Origin: an uncultured bacterium
GTDB lineage: Bacteria; UBA8248; JACPRG01; G963555815
Reading direction: 5' to 3'
NCBI GenBank assembly: GCA_964437725.1
Contig: CAYTIB010000086.1
Span: forward strand, 641 to 64,640
DNA: 64,000 bases
Position numbers and translations under genes: made by a program. The notes under the pieces are model-generated. The model was not told the origin of the DNA. It ran no database searches and saw only the letters and a list, made by a program, of their open reading frames with translations. This document shows, in pieces, positions 48,082 to 62,399 of the stretch (the stretch's first letter is position 1; every line of letters begins with the position of its first letter).

Positions 48082-49553
48082 GCACGGAATCCCGAATTTT
48101 TAAAAACTCTACCGCACTGCTAGGTGGCCATCTGGCCGAGCGTATTCTTAAACTCATTGTGATGGCCGTTCTGGCCCGATTTCTAGGTAAATCAGAGTTT
48201 GGCCTTTATATTTTTGTTCTTACGTATGTGGAGTTTTTTCACCTTCTTACTGATCTTGGTATCCAACCCATTCTTGTGCGCGAAATGGCCCGCAACCCCG
48301 ACCGTGCAGAGGAATTGATGGGAAATGCACTAACCCTGAAACTTATTTCAGCTGGAGCGTCGGTTCTACTGGCTGTGAGCGTTATTCTCCTCTCTGGGTA
48401 TGCACTTTCTATTGCAGAACTCGTGGCTTGGGCGTCGCTTAGCATGTTTTTATCGTTCCGATTAAGCTCCGTTCGGCAAGTACTCGACTCGATATTTCAG
48501 GTCCGGTTGGAAATGCGGGCCCCTGTGGTTCTCGGCGTAGGAAGTGAGCTACTTTCGGCCATTGGGTTGTTGATGGTGGTATGGGCTAATTTGGAACTGG
48601 TTTGGTTGTTGGCTGTTCAAAACCTAGCTTACCTCCCGGGAGTTATTGGACTGAAGTTGGTCACGCGGGCTCAAGTCCCTTTGAAGCTTAGGTGGTCTAG
48701 GGAGGTTGCACTTGGTCTCCTCAAGGAGTCCTACCCTCTGGGTTTGGCTAGCCTATTCACGCTAGCCTATGTGAAGGTTGATATTCTAATGTTGGCCGTG
48801 ATGAGAGGGGATGACGCAGTAGGAATCTATTCAGCGGCGTATCGACTTGTAGGTTCGCTAACCATTTTGCCCATGGCAATTATAGGTTCAACATTTCCTT
48901 TGATTGCTCAATATGCCCGAACGGCACCGGAAGCTCTTCCCCGTATATTTCAGCGAAGCCTAAACATCATTATGATGCTGGCATTTCCGATTGCTATCGG
49001 GGGGATGGTACTTGCGCGTGGAATTATTGTTACGGTTTACGGAATGCGCTTCGTAGAGTCCACTTTGGTATTTAGCGTTCTAAGCTGGGCAGTTTCTGTC
49101 AGCTTTATTAGTTATTTCCTGACCTCGGCTTTGAATGCAATGGATCGCCAACGGAGCTACCTCGCTCTGACGGCTGGAATGACGTTATTGAATCTAGGCC
49201 TCAATTTTTTCTGGATCCCTAGGTATGGATTCGTAGGAGCATCTGTCGCTACCTTAATTACCGAATGTGTTTTGATGCTCTTATGCCTTCGGCTTTTGGG
49301 GCCCTGCCTGAAGGATCTGATGCTTGCTCCCTTTATCAAGTTTGCATTGGCGGCCGGGGTTATGGGTTTGGTGTTGAAGATTTTCTCTAACGGAATTTTC
49401 CTTGATTTACCTCTTGCTGTTATCGTTTATGCGACGTGCTTGGCACTGCTTAGGCCGATTAGCAGAGAAGAGTGGGACGGTTATCTATCTGCGATAGGAA
49501 TCAGGAAAGGCAACGTTGCCACAGCCGATTCCACTCGAATACCGAAAGACTAA
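48078..49553 (+). CDS. wzx: oligosaccharide/polysaccharide flippase (Wzx, MOP superfamily)
   Basis: It has about 12-14 TM segments and the N-terminal KNSTALLGGHLAERILKLIV typical of Wzx/polysacc_synt proteins. TTG 48078 overlaps the upstream stop, while the ORF track opens at 48039. Confidence 0.8.
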   Translation: MSTESRIFKNSTALLGGHLAERILKLIVMAVLARFLGKSEFGLYIFVLTYVEFFHLLTDLGIQPILVREMARNPDRAEELMGNALTLKLISAGASVLLAVSVILLSGYALSIAELVAWASLSMFLSFRLSSVRQVLDSIFQVRLEMRAPVVLGVGSELLSAIGLLMVVWANLELVWLLAVQNLAYLPGVIGLKLVTRAQVPLKLRWSREVALGLLKESYPLGLASLFTLAYVKVDILMLAVMRGDDAVGIYSAAYRLVGSLTILPMAIIGSTFPLIAQYARTAPEALPRIFQRSLNIIMMLAFPIAIGGMVLARGIIVTVYGMRFVESTLVFSVLSWAVSVSFISYFLTSALNAMDRQRSYLALTAGMTLLNLGLNFFWIPRYGFVGASVATLITECVLMLLCLRLLGPCLKDLMLAPFIKFALAAGVMGLVLKIFSNGIFLDLPLAVIVYATCLALLRPISREEWDGYLSAIGIRKGNVATADSTRIPKD

Positions 49554-49554
49554 A

Positions 49555-50778
49555 ATGGATTATCTACCTCGTCCCTATCCCTACCACTCTTCAGTGCGCC
49601 GTTCAGTGGCCCGAACGTTTGATATGCTGGGTGATAAGTTCTTTGGGGACAAGCGTCGCCAAAAACAAGGTTCAAAAGAAGTTCCCGACCCTGCCCAAGT
49701 TCGCGAGGTTCTGGTTGTTCGCTTGGATCACTTGGGGGATGTGGTTTTTGCGACGGCGGCGTTTGGTCCTCTTCGGGACCTTTATCCGAAGGCCCGGGTG
49801 ACTGCTCTCGTTGGACCTTGGTCTGCCCCGTTGCTTCTTCATCATCCAGTAATTGATGAGGTTGTGGAGTTTCGAAATCCATGGTTCGATCGTTCGGAAG
49901 ACGCCACGAAACAGGATATATTAAGCACGTTACAATGGATTCGTAGTCGCCGGTTCGACGTGGGGATCGACCTGCGGGGTGACCCGCGGATCATATCTCT
50001 TCTGGCCCTCGGGGGAGTTCGTTATCGCATCGGTTATGGGTGGGGCGGCGGCGGGTTCCTTCTATCCCAGGAACTAAATCATTCTCCTGGGGTTCATCAA
50101 GTGGAGCGCAACGTGGCTCCTGTCCAGGCTTTGGGGTGGAATCGAGGCCCAGAATTTTCTCCAATGCCTTTTCTTCAAGTTTCTACGCCGGAAATGGAAG
50201 CTATGAGCCAAAAATTGGCTTCGTGCGGGTGGGATGGAAATGAAGTTACCAGTGCAGGAAGAACGATATATATTGAAGATGGGGAAAAAATTGCGGTTCT
50301 TCACCCCGGTGCAGGTTTTCCCGCAAAGCGGTGGAAAATGGATCGCTACGGTGCACTGGCCAAGTGGCTTGCTGAGAAAGGCGGCTACCGAATTGTATTG
50401 ATTGGGTCCGAAAAAGAGGAGTCTTTGGCGACTGAGGTAATCAAATCGGCGGGAAACTTCGGTGTCCTCAACCTATGCGGAAGGAATTCGGTCCGAGAGC
50501 TAATGGCAGTACTTAGCCGGGCAGATTTGATGATCGGGAATGATTCTGGACCTGCCCACATAGCAGCAGCGTTGGGGACCAGAACCGTGGCTTTATTTAG
50601 TGGCACAAACAATGTGGGCGAATGGGCTCCGGTGGGAACAAAGACTCGCGTTGTGCGAAACGAAGTTCCTTGTAGTCCATGTTCTTTAAAAGAGTGTGTC
50701 GATTACAATCACGAGTGCATGGAGAATCTTACATTGGAAGCAGTTAAACAGTCGGTGCAGATTTGCAAATCCTTATAG
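49555..50778 (+). CDS. glycosyltransferase family 9 (heptosyltransferase-like), second copy
   Basis: It has VLVVRLDHLGDVVFATAAFGPL and NDSGPAHIAAALG. ATG 49555 lies 1 nt after the upstream stop. Confidence 0.8.
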   Translation: MDYLPRPYPYHSSVRRSVARTFDMLGDKFFGDKRRQKQGSKEVPDPAQVREVLVVRLDHLGDVVFATAAFGPLRDLYPKARVTALVGPWSAPLLLHHPVIDEVVEFRNPWFDRSEDATKQDILSTLQWIRSRRFDVGIDLRGDPRIISLLALGGVRYRIGYGWGGGGFLLSQELNHSPGVHQVERNVAPVQALGWNRGPEFSPMPFLQVSTPEMEAMSQKLASCGWDGNEVTSAGRTIYIEDGEKIAVLHPGAGFPAKRWKMDRYGALAKWLAEKGGYRIVLIGSEKEESLATEVIKSAGNFGVLNLCGRNSVRELMAVLSRADLMIGNDSGPAHIAAALGTRTVALFSGTNNVGEWAPVGTKTRVVRNEVPCSPCSLKECVDYNHECMENLTLEAVKQSVQICKSL

Positions 50779-51920
50779 ACAGCCGGATGTGGAAGTGGAG
50801 CGGTATCGGTACCTATGTCCGCACGCTTTTGGATGGGCTGGCGGAGATCCAGTCGGATCACAAAGTTTGCTGTTTAACTCGGCGTGAGGACCGTAAAGAA
50901 ATAACACAATCTGGAATCGAGGAAGGTGGAATCCAAATCCTCGAGTGCCCTGTTAAGGTATATTCGCTTTGGGAGATGCCAGGGTTGGCCAAGTTTCTTC
51001 GGGGGTTTAATTTTGATTTGGTTCATTTCCCGCATTACATCTATCCCTTTTGGAGGAAAGGTTTAAGATCTGTTGTTACAATTCACGATTTAATTCATCT
51101 CCGGTTCCCTAAATATCACAAAACACCTCTTCATCACGCGTACGCTCGCTATGTTATGCCGAAGAGTGCACATGCGGCGCAAACGGTTATCACGACTTCA
51201 AACCACTCTAGGCGGGACATTGTCAATTACTTAGGCGTGGCTTCTGAGAAAGTTCAGGTGGTTTACAATGGTCTAAAGAAAGGGTTTTCCGCGGAGGCGG
51301 ATCCATCTAAAAGGAGAGCATTTGAAAGAGTTAAGGACAGATTGGGTTTGGCTGATCCTTACGTTCTCTACGTCGGAAATGCAAAGGAGCATAAGAATCT
51401 AGAAGGGTTGTTTCAGGCATTTGGTCAGATGCTAAGGAGGTGGGACCGGGAGCAGGTTGGGCTTGTGCGCCCAACGCTAGCGGTCACGGTCACACAGAAG
51501 GAATTGCGCGGAAATGCAGCGATGACAATTCCCGAATCAATTAGGTTTCTTGGAAACATTGAAGGGGGAATGCTGGCTGATCTTTATCGCGCCGCCGCAC
51601 TGCTAGCCCTTCCCTCCTACTATGAGGGATTCGGCCTTCCGCCCTTGGAGGCTATGGCCTCTGGGACGCCCGTAGTTTGTTCTAATGTCGCCTCACTACC
51701 AGAAGTGGTCGGTGATGCGGCCATCCAGGTTCCTCCGGATGATCTTGACCGCCTATCGTCGTCTATCTATGATTTGCTCACATTGGAGGACGTGAGGATC
51801 CGGCTGCGAAACGAAGGTCTGAAAAGGGCACGATTGTTTACGGCCAACTCGATGGCTGAGGCCACCTTGAGGATTTACGAAGGCGTTATTTCTGGTGATT
51901 CGGCTTCTGAGGGTGGGTGA
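50763..51920 (+). CDS. glycosyltransferase family 4 (GT-B, group 1)
   Basis: It has QILIDSR...GIGTY at the N-terminus and [18 protein letters not shown] (EX7E). Confidence 0.85.
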   Translation: MQILIDSRMWKWSGIGTYVRTLLDGLAEIQSDHKVCCLTRREDRKEITQSGIEEGGIQILECPVKVYSLWEMPGLAKFLRGFNFDLVHFPHYIYPFWRKGLRSVVTIHDLIHLRFPKYHKTPLHHAYARYVMPKSAHAAQTVITTSNHSRRDIVNYLGVASEKVQVVYNGLKKGFSAEADPSKRRAFERVKDRLGLADPYVLYVGNAKEHKNLEGLFQAFGQMLRRWDREQVGLVRPTLAVTVTQKELRGNAAMTIPESIRFLGNIEGGMLADLYRAAALLALPSYYEGFGLPPLEAMASGTPVVCSNVASLPEVVGDAAIQVPPDDLDRLSSSIYDLLTLEDVRIRLRNEGLKRARLFTANSMAEATLRIYEGVISGDSASEGG

Positions 51921-51924
51921 GCGC

Positions 51925-53085
51925 ATGAAAGTTGCCATCGTTCATGACTGGCTGACAGGGATGCGGGGGGGAGAGTTCACCCTTGAGGTGCTCTGCGAGC
52001 TGTTTCCTCGGGCGGACCTTTTCACGTTGGTGCATTTGAAGGGGTCAGTCTCCGCGGCAATCGAGGCTATGCCCATCCATGTATCTTTCCTAAATCGGGT
52101 TCCCGGTGCAAAAAATAACTACCGCAAATTTCTTCCCTTGATGCCGGCGGCGATCGAGAGATTTGACCTATCGGGGTACGATTTGGTCTTAAGTTCGAGT
52201 CACTGTGTGGCAAAAGGCGTCCTTACGCGACCTGATACTCTCCACGTTTGTTATTGCTATACCCCGATGCGTTATGCATGGGAAAGCCATCATCGATATT
52301 TCCCTGATGAACGCCTGGGATTGCTCAAAAGGTGGGTACTTCCTCCGGTTTTTACTTACCTACGCATGTGGGATGTTACCTCAGCCCAACGAGTCGATCG
52401 CTTCATTGCAATTTCAGATGCAGTCCGATCGCGGGTCCGCAAATACTATGGTCGCGAATCCGATGTTATTCACTGCCCCGTGGACACAGGTCGTTTTAAG
52501 CCTTCGAGAGGGGGGGGATACTACCTAGCTGTTTCGGCCTTCGCACCGTACAAGCGGATCGACCTAGCGATCGAGGCTGCGCATCGCCTGGACCGCCCCC
52601 TAAAGATTGTCGGGGCGGGTCAGGATGAGAAACACTTAAAGTCATTGTCAGCTTCCTTAGGTGCCATGAATGTGGAATTTCTTGGATGGAAGACTGGACG
52701 GGAACTAGTAGAGTTGTATGAGGGATGTCGCGCCCTTCTCTTCCCGGGGGAGGAAGATTTCGGGATTGTGCCTGTAGAAGCAATGGCAGCTGGCCGTCCC
52801 GTGATTGCATTTTCTGGCGGGGGAGCCTTGGAAACCATCATTGGGCCCAATGATTCGGAAGGTCGAAAACCCACCGGTTTCTTTTTTCCAAAAGAATCGG
52901 CGGATAGCCTAACCGAAGCGATTCAGGCCTTTGAAGCCATGGAAGATGTTTTCGACCCTATTGCTATCCGCACCCATGCCCTCAAATTTGACAAGTCTGT
53001 ATTCCGGGCCTCGATGAAGGAATACCTTCGCAACGCTCTAGCTGGGTTTGGTGCGGATGAGTCTATGATTGCGGATCTCGCTTAA
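51925..53085 (+). CDS. glycosyltransferase family 4 (GT-B, group 1)
   Basis: It has MKVAIVHDWLTGMRGGE at the N-terminus and EDFGIVPVEAMAAGRPVI. Confidence 0.85.
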   Translation: MKVAIVHDWLTGMRGGEFTLEVLCELFPRADLFTLVHLKGSVSAAIEAMPIHVSFLNRVPGAKNNYRKFLPLMPAAIERFDLSGYDLVLSSSHCVAKGVLTRPDTLHVCYCYTPMRYAWESHHRYFPDERLGLLKRWVLPPVFTYLRMWDVTSAQRVDRFIAISDAVRSRVRKYYGRESDVIHCPVDTGRFKPSRGGGYYLAVSAFAPYKRIDLAIEAAHRLDRPLKIVGAGQDEKHLKSLSASLGAMNVEFLGWKTGRELVELYEGCRALLFPGEEDFGIVPVEAMAAGRPVIAFSGGGALETIIGPNDSEGRKPTGFFFPKESADSLTEAIQAFEAMEDVFDPIAIRTHALKFDKSVFRASMKEYLRNALAGFGADESMIADLA

Positions 53086-53165
53086 AGAGAATCAGAGGAC
53101 ACCCAGATGATATTAATGGGGCAACATAATCTGGTGGTGATGAAATTGACACGAGTTCTCATATC

Positions 53166-54575
53166 GTGAAAAAGTACGCGCACCTGGCTGTTTTTATTTT
53201 GGTTTTGGCGGATATCGTAGCCGTTGTCGCTGCGTGGTCCACAGCTTTTGTCCTCCGCTTCATCGTTGAAATTATCCCTGTTATTAAGACCTACCCAACA
53301 TTTCCCCATTACCTTTCATTCGTGCCGATTGTCTTGATTTTTTGGCTAGCAGCAGCCCGGTGGCTCAACCTGTATGATCCGCAGTTTCCTCGATCGCTGC
53401 GTTCGCGCCTTTGGATCACTTGGAAGGCCGCCACATTATCCGTTGTTCTTCTGACGGCCTTAACCTTTTTTTATCGAGAATTCCCATTTGCCCGGTTTTC
53501 AAGGGTTGTGATGGCGAATTACTGGATCATTGTCACGATCTACGTGGTCATGGGCCGCGTACTGGCTAGGGTTTTTTTAAAGGGACTGCGAAGTCGGGGC
53601 TATGAGATCCGGCGCATCCTGATAGCAGGTACGGGCCAATTGGGAAAGGATCTCGGGCGCCGAATGCGGGAGAACGATGTTCTTGGGATCGAAGTGGTTG
53701 GATATCTAACCGATCAACACGAAGAGGTTGGCAGGGAAGTGGAGGGAGTGCCAGTTGTCGGCCTGCTGGAAGAGCTCCGGGAATTTCTAGCCCGACTTAA
53801 GGTGGATCAACTCTTTATTGTCTTACCCATGGATTCACAGGATCGCATTCAACGGGTCCTGAGCAGGCTTGGCGAGGAGCTGATTGACATTAAGATAATC
53901 CCTGACTTTCTTAAATTTACGAAACTTAACGCGGGGATAGAAGATTTTGCCGGACTTCCGGTCATCAGTCTTAGGGAAAGCCCACTGTTCGGCGCTAACT
54001 GGTTCATCAAGCGAACCGTAGATATCACCTTATCCTTGTTGGGGTTAGTCTTGTTGTCACCATTGATGATTTTTATTGCGTTGGCTGTGAAACTTACTTC
54101 CCGTGGGTCTGTGCTTTATCAGCAGGAGAGGATGGGGCTCGACGGTGTTTCCTTTCGGATGTATAAGTTTCGTTCTATGAAGGCAGAAGCAGAGAAGGAG
54201 ACCGGAGCAATATGGGCAAGCCCGAAGGATCCTCGACGCACAACCATTGGTCGTCTCATCCGCACGGTTAGTCTTGATGAGCTACCACAGCTTTTCAATG
54301 TTTTGGCAGGTGATATGAGTTTGGTTGGTCCCCGTCCCGAACGACCTGTATTTGTCGAGGAGTTTAGGGATAAAGTCCCAGACTATATGTTGCGTCACAA
54401 GGTGAAAGCAGGAATAACCGGTTGGGCTCAAGTCAATGGCTGGCGCGGAAACACACCGCTTGAGAAGCGGATCGAGTGTGACCTTTACTATATTGAGCAT
54501 TGGTCGCTGGGATTTGACTTAAAGATTATCTTGATGACCCTGTGGAAAGGGATCTTCCATAAGCATGCATATTGA
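53166..54575 (+). CDS. undecaprenyl-phosphate hexose-1-phosphate transferase (WbaP/WcaJ-type 'bacterial sugar transferase')
   Basis: It has N-terminal TM segments, a Rossmann-like ILIAGTGQLG...VVGYLTD region, and the catalytic C-terminus DELPQLFNVLAGDMSLVGPRPERP. The start is GTG. Confidence 0.88.
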   Translation: MKKYAHLAVFILVLADIVAVVAAWSTAFVLRFIVEIIPVIKTYPTFPHYLSFVPIVLIFWLAAARWLNLYDPQFPRSLRSRLWITWKAATLSVVLLTALTFFYREFPFARFSRVVMANYWIIVTIYVVMGRVLARVFLKGLRSRGYEIRRILIAGTGQLGKDLGRRMRENDVLGIEVVGYLTDQHEEVGREVEGVPVVGLLEELREFLARLKVDQLFIVLPMDSQDRIQRVLSRLGEELIDIKIIPDFLKFTKLNAGIEDFAGLPVISLRESPLFGANWFIKRTVDITLSLLGLVLLSPLMIFIALAVKLTSRGSVLYQQERMGLDGVSFRMYKFRSMKAEAEKETGAIWASPKDPRRTTIGRLIRTVSLDELPQLFNVLAGDMSLVGPRPERPVFVEEFRDKVPDYMLRHKVKAGITGWAQVNGWRGNTPLEKRIECDLYYIEHWSLGFDLKIILMTLWKGIFHKHAY

Positions 54576-54688
54576 GAGGTTGCTTTGTACCCATAAGTGC
54601 ATTCGAATGGTCAAGTCCTAGATTTGTCATAAATTAGCTAGAAGGCTTTTTACGGCCGATTCCGTGATAGAGGAAGTAACTCTTTATA

Positions 54689-57099
<2,411 letters not shown>

Positions 57100-57159
57100 G
57101 AATATCCGTGACCTCCTTAGGAGTTGTATTGGAGGCGATCCTCGAAATCTTGAACTATC

Positions 57160-57963
57160 GTGAATTTTTATAAGACTTTTGAGATTCCACCGAAATTGTG
57201 TGTTGCCATCGTAGGCGCCGGTGGCAAAACAACCCTTATGTATCGCCTGGCGGCAGAAATGGTTCCCGAGGCGGAAATAGCAGATGGTGTGGTTTTGATT
57301 GCAAGCACCACCAAAATTTTTCGGCCTGAGCCGGATGAAGCCGATGTGGTTATTCTGTCTGAAAATCTGCAAGAGGCGCAGAAACAAATTAAGAAAATGG
57401 CCCAGGGTGGTCTCCGAATTGTCCTGGGTACGGGATCCCACAATGATCCCCGATATGATACGAGCAAACTGGACGGAATTCCTCCACAATGGGCGGGCTC
57501 ACTCTTGGAAATGGAAGAGGTTTCATGGTTGCTTATAGAGGCCGATGGTTCCCAGCGAAAGCCGGTCAAGGCCCCGGGGCCTCGGGAGCCGGTTTGGCCC
57601 AATCCCACCCATTGGACTATCGGCGTCCTGGGTTTGTCTGCGCTTGGACACAAAAATTATCGAGATCGGGTATTCCGACCTGAGTGTGTATCGAAAGTTA
57701 CAAATGTTCCTCAGGGGACCATTTTGGAATTGTCCACCTACCTTTCGTTATTAACAAATTCGGATGGAATTTTCCGCGATGCTCCCAAGGAATCTCGTCT
57801 TATTGGGTTCCTTAATCAGTCCGATACCTGTGATCAGGTTGTCGATCATAATACGGTAGGATATATAATTGACCGTGAGGTCAATCCAGGGAGATTGGAA
57901 TCGGTCTTTCTCGGGAGCCTAATCGATACTAAGATACAAAGAGTTTGGGCCCGTGAAGGATGA
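57160..57963 (+). CDS. yqeC: YqeC-family accessory protein (putative selenium-dependent/molybdenum hydroxylase maturation factor)
   Basis: It has the P-loop-like VAIVGAGGKTTLM and LLIEADGSQRKPVKAPGPREPVWP, which match my recollection of the YqeC family (TIGR03172). Confidence 0.65.
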   Translation: MNFYKTFEIPPKLCVAIVGAGGKTTLMYRLAAEMVPEAEIADGVVLIASTTKIFRPEPDEADVVILSENLQEAQKQIKKMAQGGLRIVLGTGSHNDPRYDTSKLDGIPPQWAGSLLEMEEVSWLLIEADGSQRKPVKAPGPREPVWPNPTHWTIGVLGLSALGHKNYRDRVFRPECVSKVTNVPQGTILELSTYLSLLTNSDGIFRDAPKESRLIGFLNQSDTCDQVVDHNTVGYIIDREVNPGRLESVFLGSLIDTKIQRVWAREG

Positions 57964-58076
57964 ACCGTGTTGAGTAGTTTGTCCGATATTAATGCAGTTT
58001 AGGATAGAAAACTTAAGGGTGGAAGCTCTCGACTGTTGGTTCAAAATAGGACTTGAGGAGCCCGCCGGAGGACACC

Positions 58077-59231
58077 ATGGCCGATATTTATAAGGAAATT
58101 CAGGAAACACAGGGGAAGGGCGAAGGGGGTGCAATTGCATCTGTAGTTGCTAGGAAGGGCTCCGCCCCGATGAGTGCCGATGCCAAGATGATTGTTTACA
58201 AAGATGGCTCGATGAAGGGAACGGTTGGCGGCGGATGCCTTGAGGCGGATGTTTGGGCCGAAGCCAAGCGAGTTCTCCGGAAGGGTGATGTGACGAAGAT
58301 GAGCTTCGATCTAACCGAAGCTGAAGCTGGCGAGAGTGGACATATATGCGGAGGAATCGTAGATGTACTAATCGAGCCTCTTTCTAATTATTCCGCTGAG
58401 ATTTTGTCAGAAGTTGTTCGTATTCGTGCTGAGGGTGGCCGGGCTGTGCTGGCTACTGCCGTGTGCCGGACAGATCAAAAGCCTCTTGGTTCAGAGGGGC
58501 GCATGCTCGTCTATAAAGACGGAAGTTCACTTGGCTCATTTCAAGGTATCGAGAAAGAAATCATTGAACTTGCCGGCGAAGTTCTTTCGGACGAAAAACC
58601 AGCAAATCGGCATTTTCCAATTCCTGAGTCGGACGCCCAGGTTGAGGTATTCCTCGAGCCTATTGTCACACGCCCCACGGTTTACATCTTTGGCGGGGGG
58701 CATGTATCTAAGCACATTGCTAGGGTAGCGGACGTTGCTGGTTTACATGTTGTGATCGTGGAGGATCGCGAATCTTACGCTAACCAGGAAAGGTTCCCTG
58801 AGGTCGAGGATTTCATCGTTCACGACGATTTTGAAAACTTGGGAAGCGTGATGCCGGAGATCGAAGAAACGGACATGGCAATTATCGTCACCCGTGGTCA
58901 TCAGTATGATAAAGATATTTTGAGGTGGGCTTGGGACAAACCGTTCCGTTATTTGGGGATGATCGGTAGCAAGACCAAGATTCTTGCAACTTACCGTACA
59001 TTGGAACAAGAAATGGGTGTTCCTCGAGACGATTTCGTCAGGCGGGTTCGAGCTCCTATGGGTTTAAACATTGGAGCCGACGTTCCCGGGGAAATTGCAG
59101 TGGCCATTGTGGCAGAGTTGGTCCAGGTTCGTAGGCAGAACTTAATCAAAGAGCAGGAGTTGGCTGGTCAATCGCTAAGCAGTTCGTTATTGAAACATGT
59201 CAAAAAAGATCCCGAATTGACTGTGGCATAG
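58077..59231 (+). CDS. xdhC: XdhC/CoxI-family molybdenum-cofactor insertion accessory protein
   Basis: It has the N-terminal XdhC_CoxI domain (ASVVARKGSAPM...GTVGGGCLE) and a C-terminal Rossmann domain (VYIFGGGHVSKHIA). ATG 58077 is preceded by GGAGGA. Confidence 0.8.
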   Translation: MADIYKEIQETQGKGEGGAIASVVARKGSAPMSADAKMIVYKDGSMKGTVGGGCLEADVWAEAKRVLRKGDVTKMSFDLTEAEAGESGHICGGIVDVLIEPLSNYSAEILSEVVRIRAEGGRAVLATAVCRTDQKPLGSEGRMLVYKDGSSLGSFQGIEKEIIELAGEVLSDEKPANRHFPIPESDAQVEVFLEPIVTRPTVYIFGGGHVSKHIARVADVAGLHVVIVEDRESYANQERFPEVEDFIVHDDFENLGSVMPEIEETDMAIIVTRGHQYDKDILRWAWDKPFRYLGMIGSKTKILATYRTLEQEMGVPRDDFVRRVRAPMGLNIGADVPGEIAVAIVAELVQVRRQNLIKEQELAGQSLSSSLLKHVKKDPELTVA

Positions 59232-59317
59232 GTCGCGGAGGAAGCTTCCGTAGAACCTCCGCACTATGTTGGACATAACGGCCCAATCTGAAAACTACGG
59301 GGGACCCCCTGGGATAG

Positions 59318-60385
<1,068 letters not shown>

Positions 60386-60425
60386 TTTTCTTCGGTTTTT
60401 CCATAGTTATTGCTTCTGGTTTTGG

Positions 60426-61619
60426 ATGAGAACCCTCTCTGATTTCGATGCCTCCGGGAAACGCGTCTTCGTTAGATGTGATTTTAACGTCCCGTTGGAT
60501 AAAAATTTAGCCATTTCAGATGATACGCGAATTCGTTCCGTAGTTCCGACGCTCGATCAGTTACATTTGGCAGGTGCAAGGGTGATTTTGGCTTCTCACT
60601 TGGGTCGACCGATGGGATCTCAAAACCCCGATTTAAGTCTTGCCCCGATCGCAGCTCATCTGAGTAGGCTTTTGGGGAAAAATGTACACCTTGCTCCAGA
60701 CTGTATTGGCCCAGAAGTAGCAGATCTTGCTGATGATTTAGAGCCCGGGGGATTCTTGTTGTTGGAAAATTTGCGTTTTCATGCTGGGGAGGAAAAAAAC
60801 GACGAGGTATTTGCCAAGGCCTTGGGAGGGGTGGCGCAGGCTTATGTCAACGACGCATTTGGCTGTTCCCACCGAATGCACGCTTCCGTAACAGGAATCG
60901 TAAAACACCTTTCCCCCGCCATGGCAGGCTTACAGCTTGAGCGGGAGCTTCGGACGCTCGAGAGATTATTCAAAGATCCTGAGGAGCCAGTTGTGGCAAT
61001 ATTGGGTGGTGCCAAGATTTCGGATAAGCTCAGGGTTATAGAATCCCTGATGAGTCAGGTGGATCGAATACTCATCGGAGGAGCGATGGCTTACACGTTT
61101 TGGAAGGCTCTGGGCCATCCGGTTGGAGATTCCATGGTTGAGGATGACATGCTAGAAACAGCCCGAGGGTTTTTGGAGAGATCGGATGCGGGTCGTTGTG
61201 AAATTATCTTGCCTATGGACTGTGTTGTTGCCGAAAAAATGGAGCCGGATATAGAACACCGGACAGTCGGAATAGGTGAGATTCCCGGTGGCTGGATGGG
61301 ATTGGATATCGGTCCAGGTTCCGTGGCTAAATTCGATGAGTCGATTTCTGATGCTCGCACGATTATTTGGAATGGACCGATGGGAGTTTTTGAAATAGAA
61401 GCTTTTAGCCATGGGACTTTCGGAATAGCGGAGTGTGTTACTAACTCAGCCGCTCAAACAATTGTTGGGGGTGGAGAGACCGATGCCGCAATCCATCAAG
61501 CTGGGTTAGCGGATAAAGTATCATTCATCTCAACCGGCGGCGGGGCATTTCTGGAGTTTTTAGAAGGCAAGGAGTTACCGGGTGTGGCGGCCTTAAAAGC
61601 AGCGTGTCAAAATGGCTGA
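60426..61619 (+). CDS. pgk: phosphoglycerate kinase
   Basis: It has [15 protein letters not shown] and [13 protein letters not shown]. Confidence 0.97.
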   Translation: MRTLSDFDASGKRVFVRCDFNVPLDKNLAISDDTRIRSVVPTLDQLHLAGARVILASHLGRPMGSQNPDLSLAPIAAHLSRLLGKNVHLAPDCIGPEVADLADDLEPGGFLLLENLRFHAGEEKNDEVFAKALGGVAQAYVNDAFGCSHRMHASVTGIVKHLSPAMAGLQLERELRTLERLFKDPEEPVVAILGGAKISDKLRVIESLMSQVDRILIGGAMAYTFWKALGHPVGDSMVEDDMLETARGFLERSDAGRCEIILPMDCVVAEKMEPDIEHRTVGIGEIPGGWMGLDIGPGSVAKFDESISDARTIIWNGPMGVFEIEAFSHGTFGIAECVTNSAAQTIVGGGETDAAIHQAGLADKVSFISTGGGAFLEFLEGKELPGVAALKAACQNG

Positions 61620-62385
61620 GAAAAGACGGCCAGTTGTTGCTGGTAACTGGAAAATGAACACAGACATTGAATCGGGTGAGTACCTGGCTAGGGAGATCGC
61701 GGAATTGCTTAAGGAGTCTGTGTTGGAAGGCGTAGACGTGATCATTGCCCCACCGTTTCCCTACTTGGAAAGAGTGGGTAGGGCTATTGAAGGCTCAACA
61801 GTAAAGCTAGGCGCTCAAAACGCCGGTTGGGCGGAGCTGGGAGCGTTCACAGGAGAAGTGGCACCGAGAATGCTGCACGAAATTGGTTGCCAGTACGTCA
61901 TTATAGGGCATTCGGAACGGCGTGCCCTTTTGGGGGAATCGGATGAACTTATAAACCGTAAACTTCATGCCTGTCTGAGAGCAGGTCTCTCACCTATTCT
62001 ATGCATCGGGGAATCTGCCTCTGCGCGTAAGGGTAATCGGGCAGAGTCTGTAGTTGAGCGGCAGTTGTCTGGGTCGTTGAAGGATTTAGACCCAGATTCC
62101 CTGGGGCAACTTATTGTTGCTTATGAGCCTGTTTGGGCTATCGGAACAGGTGAGAACGCCACACCGGAACAAGCCCAGGATATGCATGCTTTTATCCGCT
62201 CCACCCTAGCGGATTTGGTTGATCCAGTTGCAGCGAGCAAAATTCGGATACAATATGGGGGTAGTGTGAACCATAAGAATATTGCCTCTTTGATGACTGG
62301 TAACGATGTGGATGGAGCCTTAGTGGGTGGGGCCTCGCTTGAGGCGGAGTCGTTTATATCCATTGTCCGTAACTCGAGGAACTGA
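61612..62385 (+). CDS. tpiA: triosephosphate isomerase
   Basis: It has VAGNWKMN, IGHSERR, AYEPVWAIGTG and YGGSV. It overlaps the pgk end by 8 nt. Confidence 0.95.
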   Translation: MAEKRRPVVAGNWKMNTDIESGEYLAREIAELLKESVLEGVDVIIAPPFPYLERVGRAIEGSTVKLGAQNAGWAELGAFTGEVAPRMLHEIGCQYVIIGHSERRALLGESDELINRKLHACLRAGLSPILCIGESASARKGNRAESVVERQLSGSLKDLDPDSLGQLIVAYEPVWAIGTGENATPEQAQDMHAFIRSTLADLVDPVAASKIRIQYGGSVNHKNIASLMTGNDVDGALVGGASLEAESFISIVRNSRN

Positions 62386-62399
62386 AGGAGAAATCAATC

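Noticed and set aside
59235-59262. The hairpin GCGGAGG-N14-CCTCCGC after the XdhC-like gene could be a terminator upstream of gap.
   Set aside because: No U-tract follows the stem, so it cannot be called an intrinsic terminator from sequence alone. It may be an mRNA-stabilising or processing stem.
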